In this document: positions 16,709 to 25,495 of the stretch, piece by piece | Numbering within the stretch: position 1 is the first letter of the stretch | Layout: the number at the start of each line of letters is the position of its first letter | Source of the DNA: Bacteroidota bacterium | Lineage (GTDB): Bacteria; Bacteroidota; Bacteroidia; Flavobacteriales; Flavobacteriaceae | NCBI GenBank assembly: GCA_040385945.1 | Contig: JAZKGN010000106.1 | Location: 1 to 46,874 of the forward strand | Direction of reading: 5' to 3' | Length of the DNA stretch: 46,874 nt | Notes under the pieces: generated by a model | What the model saw: only the letters and a program-made list of their open reading frames with translations | Told to the model about the DNA's origin: nothing | Database searches by the model: none | Program-made: the position numbers and the translations under genes

Positions 16709-19135
16709 ATGAAAAAAATAATACACCTTATAATAGTACTTCTAATTACGACTACGACTTTTGCTCAAACGCCTAACAAAATGAGCTATCAATCGGTTAT
16801 TCGCAATAGCAAAGGAACATTAGTTTCCAATCAAAAAGTAACCATTCAAATCAGCGTTCTTAAAGGTTCTAAAGACGGAGAAGCTGTTTATGTTGAAAAT
16901 CACACAACCAACACAAACACAAATGGTCTTGCAAGTTTGGAAATTGGTGGTGGCGAAATCATGAAAGGAAGATTTGCCGATATTGATTGGTCAAATGATT
17001 CTTATTTTATCAAAACAGCGACCGATGCTACAGGCAATTCAAATTTTGATATTGTGGGTGTTAGTGAATTACTAAGTGTTCCTTATGCATTAAATGCACG
17101 TAAAGCGGATAATGCTTTTAGTGGCAACTACAATGACCTTCAAAACAAACCGACACATCTTTCGCAATTTGTTAATGATGTTTTTAAAGGCAATACAAAT
17201 GCTGACACTAATTTAATCAGTCGCCCTTCTGCTGGCATTCCGTCTCAAACATGGTCTTTATTTGGAAACTCAAATACAAATCCTATTGAAGACAAGCTAG
17301 GAACTACAGATTATCAAGATTTGGTAATTGTAACAAACAATATCGACCGTCTTCGTATTCAAGCCAATGGCGATATCAAATTAAGAAAAAGTTTGGAAGT
17401 TGGAGAAGATTTGACCGTTAACAGAAATGTGTATTTGAATGCGCTAGGTGGTCAAACCATTAACAATGGAAACTTTACAGTTGCCAATGCTAAAGCTACT
17501 CTTTTGACAGGCGTTTTAAATGTAAATGGAGCAACCGATTTAGACAATACACTAAACGTTGACGGTGCAACCGATTTGAATAGTACGTTGAATGTTAACA
17601 ATGCTGCTGCAACTCATTTAACTGGCGTATTAAATGTAGACGGAGCCACCGATTTAAACAACACATTAAATGTTGATGGAACAACCAATTTAAATAGTTC
17701 ATTAAATGTTAACAATGCCGCTGCAACCCACTTAACTGGTGTTTTAAATGTAGATGGAGCAACCGATTTAAACAGCACATTAAACGTTGATGGGACAAGT
17801 AATTTAAACAGCGCACTAAATGTTAATAATGCAGCTGCAACCCATTTGACAGGTGTTTTAAATGTGGATGGTGCCACCGATATAAACGACACACTAAATG
17901 TAGACGGACAAGTAACCATAACTGCAAATGTTAGTGGTGGTGGCGGATCGTTTGGAGCTCATCCCTTGCGAGTTCAAGGAAGCGATCAAGGAATTGCCAT
18001 TAAATTAAATCCTGGAACTCCTGATAATTCAAATAATTTCATCACCTTTTTTAATGGAAATGGAAATGCTGTTGGACGAATTGAAGGCGAAACAACTTCA
18101 GAAGCAACATCAGATCCTGAATTTATTTTTGACAATTCAATATTGGTAGCAGAAGAAGCAAAAGCAATTGCGAATGTTCCTTTGGCAGCTATTCCAGTAG
18201 TTGTTGGTGGTGTAGGTGCTTCAACCGGACCATGTGGTGCTTGTATCGCAATGGCAGCAGCCGATTTGGTTTTAGCGACTGCTAATTTAGCTGCTTACAA
18301 TGTTTTTGCACTTGAAAATCTTGGCGTAACGTATCAATCAGGATCAGCAGATTATGCAGAATGGTTGGAACGCAGCAATTTTAACGAAAAAATTGTTGCT
18401 GGAGATATTGTAGCTGTAAACGGTGGAAAAATTTCCAAATTCACTCAGAATGCGTCACAATACATGGTCATTTCGACCAAACCAGCCATTTTAGGAAATA
18501 TGCCAATGGATGGGAATGAAAAATCATTTGAAAAAGTAGCGTTCATGGGACAAATACCAGTTAAGGTAAGAGGTATTGTTGTATCTGGCGATTACATTCT
18601 TCCTTCTGGATTGAATGACGGAACTGGTATTGCTGTCGCTCCAAATGAAATAAAAGCAGAACAATATCGTGAAATTGTTGGAGTAGCTTGGTCAAATGCG
18701 TTGATAAACGGTGGAATTTCGACAGTAAATATGGCAATCGGACTTAATGGAAATGATGTAGCTCGATTAGCTATCCAACAAGAAAGAAAAATCGTAGCTC
18801 TTGAAAACAAATACAGTACGTTAGAGCAACGTCTTTTAGCTTTAGAAAACGGAACTACGCCTACTCTGAAAACAAATACTACTACCGCTGTAGCTGTAAC
18901 GCCAGAAAAACTTCCAACAAGAAATGAATTACTTGCTGCAAATATGCCTGCTGAACTTAATGATCAAGTAATGGAAGAAGCCTTTGTTTATTTAGAAAAC
19001 AGCTATAAAAATCAAGGTATCGATATTACAAAGCAACCTGTGTTGAATAAATTATTTACAGATGCTTCCTATAAAGCAGAAATAATTAAAAAAACACAAG
19101 AAAAATACAAACTATTGTATCCAACAAAAAAATAA
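16709..19135 (+). CDS. Secreted tail-fibre-like protein with 38-aa repeats and peptidase-G2-like autoproteolytic chaperone domain
   Basis: Signal peptide FA|Q; N-domain KMSYQSVIRN...LLSVPYAL; FSGNYNDLQNKP; WSLFGN...LGTTD..DL...TNN..RL; LNVDGATDL repeats; SADYAEW...GDIV...VISTKP..LGN...VAFMGQIPVKV.G....GDYI; terminal coiled coil; no T9SS CTD. Confidence 0.78.
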   Translation: MKKIIHLIIVLLITTTTFAQTPNKMSYQSVIRNSKGTLVSNQKVTIQISVLKGSKDGEAVYVENHTTNTNTNGLASLEIGGGEIMKGRFADIDWSNDSYFIKTATDATGNSNFDIVGVSELLSVPYALNARKADNAFSGNYNDLQNKPTHLSQFVNDVFKGNTNADTNLISRPSAGIPSQTWSLFGNSNTNPIEDKLGTTDYQDLVIVTNNIDRLRIQANGDIKLRKSLEVGEDLTVNRNVYLNALGGQTINNGNFTVANAKATLLTGVLNVNGATDLDNTLNVDGATDLNSTLNVNNAAATHLTGVLNVDGATDLNNTLNVDGTTNLNSSLNVNNAAATHLTGVLNVDGATDLNSTLNVDGTSNLNSALNVNNAAATHLTGVLNVDGATDINDTLNVDGQVTITANVSGGGGSFGAHPLRVQGSDQGIAIKLNPGTPDNSNNFITFFNGNGNAVGRIEGETTSEATSDPEFIFDNSILVAEEAKAIANVPLAAIPVVVGGVGASTGPCGACIAMAAADLVLATANLAAYNVFALENLGVTYQSGSADYAEWLERSNFNEKIVAGDIVAVNGGKISKFTQNASQYMVISTKPAILGNMPMDGNEKSFEKVAFMGQIPVKVRGIVVSGDYILPSGLNDGTGIAVAPNEIKAEQYREIVGVAWSNALINGGISTVNMAIGLNGNDVARLAIQQERKIVALENKYSTLEQRLLALENGTTPTLKTNTTTAVAVTPEKLPTRNELLAANMPAELNDQVMEEAFVYLENSYKNQGIDITKQPVLNKLFTDASYKAEIIKKTQEKYKLLYPTKK
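17501..17907 (+). repeat. Intragenic 114-bp (38-aa) tandem repeat, ~3.6 copies
   Basis: Units start at 17501, 17615, 17729 and 17843: (H/L)LTGVLNVDGATDLNNTLNVDGxxxLNSxLNVNNAAAT. Confidence 0.92.
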
Positions 19136-19161
19136 ATACAGCTTTATTAAATCTAAGTAAT

Positions 19162-19197
19162 AATGGTCTTTCCAAACTAAACTGGAAAGACCATTTT
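19162..19197 (+). terminator. Terminator after fibre gene
   Basis: 13-bp perfect stem AATGGTCTTTCCA / TGGAAAGACCATT followed by T-rich sequence. Confidence 0.75.
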
Positions 19198-19219
19198 CAT
19201 TTTAAAAAGTTTCAAGCAT

Positions 19220-19255
19220 AAAAAAATCCGTTCAACCAAAGTCAAGCGGATTTTT
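19220..19255 (-). terminator. Terminator for 19274-19570 gene
   Basis: AAAAATCCG...CGGATTTTT stem with an A tract on the plus strand (U tract on minus). Confidence 0.6.
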
Positions 19256-19273
19256 AACTAATAACCAAATAAA

Positions 19274-19570
19274 CTATACTTCTAAAACGCTATTTTCAGC
19301 GTTTGCAAATTCGTTCCAACGGTAACTATCTGCTTCAGGATCGTTTATAAATGCTCCGTCAACCAAATATCTGAACTCAAAAGAATTTTCTTTTGGTAAA
19401 TCAAAAGTAGCTTTAAAAGTCCCGTTTTTTAATTTTGATAATTCTCCTTCTGAAGGATTCCAGTTGTTGAAATCTCCAATTACTGCAGCTGTGTTTGCTT
19501 CTTTTGCATCGATTGAAAAAGTAACTTTACACACTGGTTTTGTTTTTATAACTTGTTTTTTAATTGCCAT
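19274..19570 (-). CDS. Isoamylase early-set / CBM48-like glycogen-binding protein
   Basis: CKVTF, VIGDFNNWN, LKNGTFKAT.DL, FEFRYLVDG..INDPEAD. Confidence 0.88.
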   Translation of the reverse strand: MAIKKQVIKTKPVCKVTFSIDAKEANTAAVIGDFNNWNPSEGELSKLKNGTFKATFDLPKENSFEFRYLVDGAFINDPEADSYRWNEFANAENSVLEV

Positions 19571-19808
19571 AACTAATTCATTTATAGATTAATGACGCAA
19601 AGTAACACAATAAAAAGCAACAATTTACAATCAGGTGTAGAATTGCTATTTTGACAAAAACCAGTTCCAAAAAAAACAAGATTCTTATTTTTTAAGGAAG
19701 TATTTTAGTATATCAAAAAAGAAAAACGTTTTCTTACTGAATTATTACCAGTGTGCTTTTTTAGCTTTTAAAATAATATTGTACCTTTAAATGCTAAATT
19801 ACAGTTGT

Positions 19809-20138
19809 ATGGATACAGAACAGCATGAATTATATGAGTATGCCCGAAGAAGAATTCGGCAAAAAAAACGTTTGTATTTCCACTTTGTCGTTTTTTTTAT
19901 AGGAAGTTTATTTTTATTTGCTGCAAATAAATGGATGCATGTTGGTGAACCCACAAATTGGTACATCTGGGCAATAACCGCTTGGTTTTTTGTTTTTATT
20001 CTGCACTTTATTCAAGTCTTTATTACCGCTAGTTTTATGAATAAAAACTGGGAGCGCGAGCAAATCAATAAATTAATGTCACTGCAAGAGAAAAAAATAG
20101 AGCAATTAAAAAACGACATCGAAAACAATACAAAATGA
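19809..20138 (+). CDS. 2TM domain-containing membrane protein
   Basis: YEYARRRI.QKK..YFH, two TM segments, WEREQI.K; start at MDTEQ (alternative 19791). Stop overlaps the folA start (ATGA). Confidence 0.8.
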   Translation: MDTEQHELYEYARRRIRQKKRLYFHFVVFFIGSLFLFAANKWMHVGEPTNWYIWAITAWFFVFILHFIQVFITASFMNKNWEREQINKLMSLQEKKIEQLKNDIENNTK

Positions 20139-20617
20139 TTATTCTTATTGCTGCAGCTGCAGAAAACAATGCCCTAGGCAAGAACAACGATTTAATTTGG
20201 CATTTACCCGATGATTTTAAACGATTCAAAGCGATTACTTCTGGTCACTTTATTATTATGGGACGAAAAACCTTTGAAAGTTTTCCGAAACCGTTACCCA
20301 ATCGAACCCACATTATCATCACACGACAAAAAAACTACCATCCTGAAGGTTGCTTAATTGCCGATAGTTTGGAAAAAGCAATTGAAATGGCACCAAAAAA
20401 CGAAAATGTTTTTGTTATTGGTGGCGGCGAAATTTACAAACAAGCCTTACCTATTGCCGACAAAATAGAACTTACGCGAGTGCATCATCACTTTGATGCC
20501 GACACCTATTTTCCAGTAATTGATATCGAAAAATGGCAATTGGTATTTGAAGAATTTCATCCGAAAGACGAAAAACACGGCTTCGATTTTACTTTTCAAA
20601 CCTTTATAAAAAAATAA
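20135..20617 (+). CDS. folA: Dihydrofolate reductase
   Basis: LIWHLPDDFKRFK, IIMGRKTFES, PLPNR, VIGGGEIY, DTYFP. Confidence 0.97.
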   Translation: MIILIAAAAENNALGKNNDLIWHLPDDFKRFKAITSGHFIIMGRKTFESFPKPLPNRTHIIITRQKNYHPEGCLIADSLEKAIEMAPKNENVFVIGGGEIYKQALPIADKIELTRVHHHFDADTYFPVIDIEKWQLVFEEFHPKDEKHGFDFTFQTFIKK

Positions 20618-20637
20618 ATTCCTATCCTTATTATTAG

Positions 20638-20645
20638 TATTTTTG
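20638..20645 (+). promoter_or_regulatory. -7 box for ubiE-porT
   Basis: TATTTTTG 19 bp upstream of ATG 20665. Confidence 0.6.
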
Positions 20646-20664
20646 CACTTCAAAAAAAGGTACA

Positions 20665-21396
20665 ATGCCAAAAACTGTTACGCCGTATAAAAATTCTACA
20701 TTAGGTAAAAAAGAACAAGTTACCCAAATGTTTGACAACATATCTGACAATTATGACGGATTAAATCGTGTCATCTCATTCGGAATTGATGTAAAATGGC
20801 GTAAAAAAGTAGTGGCTTTAGTGGCCGAAAAAAAGCCGTCAACTGTACTTGATATTGCTACAGGAACTGGCGATTTGGCGATTTTAATGACCGAAACTTC
20901 TGCCGATAAAATTATTGGTTTGGATCTTTCTGCCGGAATGCTCGAAATAGGGAAAAAGAAAATTAAAGAAAAAAAACTGTCTGAAAAAATAGAAATGGTT
21001 TTGGGCGACAGTGAAGCCATTCCGTATGCCGATAATTATTTTGACGCTATAACCGTTTCGTTTGGTATTCGGAATTTTGAAACCTTAGAAAAAGGACTTT
21101 CCGAAATACTTCGTGTGTTAAAACCCAATGGTATTTTTGTGATATTAGAAACTTCTATTCCTGAAAAAACACCTTTCAAACAAGGTCATGCCATTTACAC
21201 TAAATATATCTTACCTCTCATTGGAAAATTGTTTTCAAAAGACAATGTGGCGTACGGTTATTTATCAGAATCGGCATCACTTTTCCCTTACGGAGAAAAG
21301 TTAAACAATATTTTACGAAAAGTTGGGTTTATAGAGGTGAAAGCTATGCCACAAACATTTGGAGTAGCAACCATTTATACTGCATCAAAAAAATAA
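20665..21396 (+). CDS. ubiE: Demethylmenaquinone methyltransferase (UbiE/MenG)
   Basis: MFDNIS..YD.LNRVISFG, VLDIATGTGD, SFGIRN, RVLKPNG, YGYLSES. Confidence 0.95.
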   Translation: MPKTVTPYKNSTLGKKEQVTQMFDNISDNYDGLNRVISFGIDVKWRKKVVALVAEKKPSTVLDIATGTGDLAILMTETSADKIIGLDLSAGMLEIGKKKIKEKKLSEKIEMVLGDSEAIPYADNYFDAITVSFGIRNFETLEKGLSEILRVLKPNGIFVILETSIPEKTPFKQGHAIYTKYILPLIGKLFSKDNVAYGYLSESASLFPYGEKLNNILRKVGFIEVKAMPQTFGVATIYTASKK

Positions 21397-21418
21397 GGCG
21401 GAGTTAGCGCATCAACCT

Positions 21419-22123
21419 ATGAGAAAGATATTTTTTATTTTAATTCTGATTTACACTTTGCCATTTCATGCCCAAACTAAGGGCTTGTTTAGTAAAGATC
21501 CTATCATAAACCTTGAAAATTTTGATAAACAACGCGTGCATTGGGGTTATTATTTAGGATTTAATTCGTACGATTTTAAAATTGACTATGAAGAAAATCC
21601 CGATACCGATATTGTTGTCAAAGGCAATACCGGATTTAATGTTGGTTTAGTAGGTGATTTGCGTTTGCACGAATACATTAATTTGCGCTTTGAACCCGGA
21701 CTTTATTACACTCAAAGAAATTTAACCTATACTGGTTTTACTAGACAAATTGATGCTGAAAGAGAAGTAAAGTCAACCTATATTCATTTCCCTTTATTAA
21801 TTAAATTTTCGTCGCTTCGTTTCGGAAATGTTCGTCCGTATTTAGTTGGTGGTGGTTCGATGACACTTAATTTGTCGAGTAATTCTAAATCACAAGACGA
21901 TAATTTAGAACAACGTTTTAGAGTAAAACCGTGGACAAAAAATTACGAACTTGGTTTTGGTGTTGATTTTTACTTGGAATACTTTAAATTCTCTCCTTCT
22001 ATTCGTGGGGTTTTTGGCCTAGATGATGAGTTGATTAGAGACAACGACCCGAACAGTCCGTGGACAGGAAACATTAATGCTTTGCGTTCGAGAGCCGTTT
22101 TTGTCAACTTTACGTTCCACTAA
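21419..22123 (+). CDS. porT: T9SS / gliding outer-membrane beta-barrel PorT (SprT)
   Basis: ENFDKQRVHWGYYLG, LRFEPGL, GFGVDFYLEYFKFSPSIRG; C-terminal FTFH; position next to ubiE and trmH/tamL as recalled for Bacteroidota. Confidence 0.88.
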   Translation: MRKIFFILILIYTLPFHAQTKGLFSKDPIINLENFDKQRVHWGYYLGFNSYDFKIDYEENPDTDIVVKGNTGFNVGLVGDLRLHEYINLRFEPGLYYTQRNLTYTGFTRQIDAEREVKSTYIHFPLLIKFSSLRFGNVRPYLVGGGSMTLNLSSNSKSQDDNLEQRFRVKPWTKNYELGFGVDFYLEYFKFSPSIRGVFGLDDELIRDNDPNSPWTGNINALRSRAVFVNFTFH

Positions 22124-22133
22124 AATTCACTCT

Positions 22134-22862
22134 TTATTCTCCTCTTTTAAACTCGCTTAAAAAAATCGCTGTAGCTGTTGCTACGTTTAAACTCTCAGTT
22201 TTTTGAAGTTCACCAAAACGAGGAATCGCTAATTTGTGTTGAATAACTTGTGCTACTTCGTCTGAAATCCCATTGGCTTCATTTCCCAAAACCAACACAC
22301 ATGAAGAAGGTAACGTTTCTTTGTATACATTTTTTCCATCCATAAAAGTACCGTAAACTGGCAATTTACTTTCTTGAAGATACTGAGGCAAATCCACGTA
22401 AGTGATAGCAACACGAGCTATTGAACCCATCGTAGCTTGTACTACTTTCGGATTGTAGACATCGACCGTTTCCTTAGAGCAAACCACTTGATGAATACCA
22501 AACCAATCACACAATCTAATAATCGTACCCAAATTACCTGGGTCGCGAAGGTCATCCAAAGCTAAAATAATCTTACTTGAAGACGACTTTTGATTGATTG
22601 GAATTTGAAACAACGCCAAACTCGTATTTGCTGTAGACAAACTGCTTATTTTTTTCAAATCGGTTTCGGTAACTATCGTTTTTTGTGTACTGTCTACCGA
22701 ATGAAAAACATCTTCGCTACAATACAAATGTTCTAGCACAAAATTTGATAGTAACAATTCTTGAATTACTTTTACACCTTCGGCAACAAACAATTGATGC
22801 GCTTGCCGAAATTTTTTTTGTTGTAAACTAGTAATTAGCTTTATTTGATTTTTACTAAGCAT
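22134..22862 (-). CDS. TrmH/SpoU family RNA methyltransferase
   Basis: DPGNLGTIIRLCDWFG, LVLGNEANG, ESLNVATA (SPOUT motifs); start MLSKNQIK. Confidence 0.93.
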   Translation of the reverse strand: MLSKNQIKLITSLQQKKFRQAHQLFVAEGVKVIQELLLSNFVLEHLYCSEDVFHSVDSTQKTIVTETDLKKISSLSTANTSLALFQIPINQKSSSSKIILALDDLRDPGNLGTIIRLCDWFGIHQVVCSKETVDVYNPKVVQATMGSIARVAITYVDLPQYLQESKLPVYGTFMDGKNVYKETLPSSCVLVLGNEANGISDEVAQVIQHKLAIPRFGELQKTESLNVATATAIFLSEFKRGE

Positions 22863-22871
22863 AAAAAAATG

Positions 22872-22879
22872 TACTTTTG
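22872..22879 (+). promoter_or_regulatory. -7 box for tamL
   Basis: TACTTTTG in the 33-bp divergent spacer. Confidence 0.55.
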
Positions 22880-22895
22880 AATTAAATTGTCTCTT

Positions 22896-25448
22896 TTGAA
22901 AAAACACCTCACAAAAATAGCACTATTTGTTTTAATTGGAACTATCCTAGCGTCGTGTAATATGACGAAGCGGGTTCCGAATCACAAACGGTTATTGCTA
23001 AAAAACGAAATTCACGTTGATGACAAAACGACCAAAGAAGACGACGTTTTTAACCAATTGTATCAAAAGCCAAACAGTTCTATTTTGGGCTATCGATTGC
23101 GTTTAAATTTGTACAATCTTGCCAAGCAAAATACCGATTCTCTATACAAAGCAAAATACATCAACAATCCGGCAAAATACAAAAGACGAGTTAAATTACT
23201 TTCTAAAAAACAAGTCAACCGTCTTGGTCATTCTTTTTGGTATGAAGGCATTCATAATTTCTTAAAAGAAGTCGGTGAAGCGCCTGTACTCCTCGATTCT
23301 AACAGCACCAAAAAATCCTTAAAACGTTTAAAAGCCTATTATTTTCACAAAGGATATTTTGATGTTAAAACGAGTTCGACTTCCGATACATCGCAAACCA
23401 AAAAAGCGATGGTAAATTATAAAATTGAAAGAGGCGCTGGTTATGTTATTGACACGATTACAACGGTCATCCTCACTCCTGCTTTAGATTCGTTGTACAC
23501 AACCAAAAAAGCTGCCTCATTAATTGTATCTGGAAAGCAATATGCCAAAGAAGATTTGGATAACGAACGTACCCGAATTACAAAAGATTTCAGAAATAAC
23601 GGGGTATTTTTCTTCCAACAGAATTATATCGAGTATGTTTTAGACACTCTAAGAACAAATAAAAAAGTAAACATCCGAGTAAAAATCAACGACCAAATCA
23701 TTCGAAATACTGATACCTCTTCGACTCAAAATTTTAAAATATACAAAGTAAATCGCGTCAATATTTTTACCGATTCTAATGCGAAAGGCAACGGAAAAAT
23801 AAACGACAGCATCCAATACAAAGGCTTTAATTTGTACAGCGAAAACAAATTAAAATACAGACCAAAGTCGATTGTAAATGCTATTTTCATTACGCCAGGA
23901 AGTATTTATTCGGATGAAAGAAACGTTTTAACGACCAAATATTTAAGTAATTTAAAAGTGTTTAACTATCCATCAATATTATATTCTATTGATGCAAAAG
24001 ACGAGAATGGTTTGATTGCCAACATTTATTTATTACCAAGAAAGAAGTATACTTTTGGCGCTTCCGCAGATTTTACGCGGTCTAACATTCAGGATTTCGG
24101 TATATCAGGAAATGCTTCTTTAGGCATCAGAAATGTGTTTAACGGAGCCGAAACTTTCGAAATTGGTTTCAGAGGAAGTACCGGTTCCTCGCGTTATTTA
24201 GCCAATCCAGACAATACATTTTTCAACATTTTTGAAGTTGGTGTTGATGCCAAATTGAATTTTCCAAGGATTCTTTTTCCTATAAACGTGGATCGCATCA
24301 TTCGAAAATCGATGATTCCGTACACTACGTTTAGTGTTGGTTTTGCCAAACAAACTAATATTGGTCTCGACAAACAAAACTTTACAACTGCCTTTACTTA
24401 CAATTGGACGCCAAGAAGAAATACATCGGCAAAATTTGATTTATTCAACATTCAGTTTGTTCGAAATGTTAACATCAGTAACTATTTTAACATCTATCAA
24501 TCGTCGTATGAAAACTTATCGTTTGTAGCGAGCAATCCAGGTTATTTTGTTAATCCGAGTTATTTTAATCCCGACGGAAATTTAATTATTGAAAGTGGAA
24601 CAAACGGATTTTTAAACGATGTATTGGGTCCCAATCCAACAGTTTTTCCATCCGAAACCGATTTAAAAACCATCAGAAGTATCAACGAAAGAAAAAACCG
24701 TTTGACTGAAAACAATTTAATTTTTGCTTCCAGTTTTAGTTTTTCAAAAACCACAAAAAAGGAACTTACCGATGATGAATTTTATGCGTTTAAAACCAAA
24801 ATAGAATCGGCTGGAAACTTTTTATCATTATTGGCAAGAGCATCAAAACAGTTGGAAAATCAAGAAGGTTCCAATACTTTTTTCGAAGTAGAATACTCGC
24901 AATACATCAAAGGAGAACTCGAATACATCAAGCATTTTGACTTAAACAGAAAAAAAGTAATTGCCGTTAGAGCATTTGCCGGACTTGCCATTCCGTATGG
25001 AAATTCAAATAGCGTTCCGTTCTCCCGAAGTTATTTTGGCGGTGGAACCAACGACAACCGTGCGTGGCAACCATATAGTTTAGGGCCAGGAACCAGTGGC
25101 GGTTTGAACGATTTTAACGAAGCCAATATGAAATTAGCATTAAATGCTGAGTTTCGATTTAATATTTCAGGTGCGTGGAATGGCGTTTTGTTTGCCGATG
25201 TTGGAAATATCTGGAACGTACTCGACAATGTGGAAGATGAAAAATACATCTTTCATGGATTAAAATCGTTAAAAGATGTCGCTGTCGGAACTGGTTTTGG
25301 TATTCGCTATGATTTCGGAATATTTGTGCTTCGTGGCGAATTAGGTTTAAAAACGTTCAATCCTGCGAAACCAGAAAATGAGAAATGGTTTAAAGAAATT
25401 AATTTCTCACAATCGGTTATAAATATCGGAATAAATTATCCATTCTAA
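22896..25448 (+). CDS. tamL: Omp85 (BamA/TamA) family lipoprotein, TamL-like
   Basis: Likely TTG start MKKHLTK with lipobox ILASC; POTRA-like region; RNVFNGAE, YFGGG..DNRAW (loop-6 variant), FADVGNIW, GFGIRYD; C-terminal GINYPF. Confidence 0.85.
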   Translation: MKKHLTKIALFVLIGTILASCNMTKRVPNHKRLLLKNEIHVDDKTTKEDDVFNQLYQKPNSSILGYRLRLNLYNLAKQNTDSLYKAKYINNPAKYKRRVKLLSKKQVNRLGHSFWYEGIHNFLKEVGEAPVLLDSNSTKKSLKRLKAYYFHKGYFDVKTSSTSDTSQTKKAMVNYKIERGAGYVIDTITTVILTPALDSLYTTKKAASLIVSGKQYAKEDLDNERTRITKDFRNNGVFFFQQNYIEYVLDTLRTNKKVNIRVKINDQIIRNTDTSSTQNFKIYKVNRVNIFTDSNAKGNGKINDSIQYKGFNLYSENKLKYRPKSIVNAIFITPGSIYSDERNVLTTKYLSNLKVFNYPSILYSIDAKDENGLIANIYLLPRKKYTFGASADFTRSNIQDFGISGNASLGIRNVFNGAETFEIGFRGSTGSSRYLANPDNTFFNIFEVGVDAKLNFPRILFPINVDRIIRKSMIPYTTFSVGFAKQTNIGLDKQNFTTAFTYNWTPRRNTSAKFDLFNIQFVRNVNISNYFNIYQSSYENLSFVASNPGYFVNPSYFNPDGNLIIESGTNGFLNDVLGPNPTVFPSETDLKTIRSINERKNRLTENNLIFASSFSFSKTTKKELTDDEFYAFKTKIESAGNFLSLLARASKQLENQEGSNTFFEVEYSQYIKGELEYIKHFDLNRKKVIAVRAFAGLAIPYGNSNSVPFSRSYFGGGTNDNRAWQPYSLGPGTSGGLNDFNEANMKLALNAEFRFNISGAWNGVLFADVGNIWNVLDNVEDEKYIFHGLKSLKDVAVGTGFGIRYDFGIFVLRGELGLKTFNPAKPENEKWFKEINFSQSVINIGINYPF

Positions 25449-25461
25449 ATTTAGAAATTAT

Positions 25462-25469
25462 TATTTTTG
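25462..25469 (+). promoter_or_regulatory. -7 box for fbaA
   Basis: TATTTTTG 26 bp upstream of the ATG. Confidence 0.6.
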
Positions 25470-25495
25470 TACTCTTAATTAATCCTCAATACTAA

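Noticed and set aside
17501-17907. Possible CRISPR array or DGR template/variable repeat
   Set aside because: In-frame coding repeats with no unique spacers; differences are synonymous rather than adenine-specific; no cas or reverse transcriptase gene.
16227-19135. Prophage remnant
   Set aside because: Both genes have Sec signal peptides and intact frames; no integrase, capsid, tail or lysis genes, and no att-like repeats seen.
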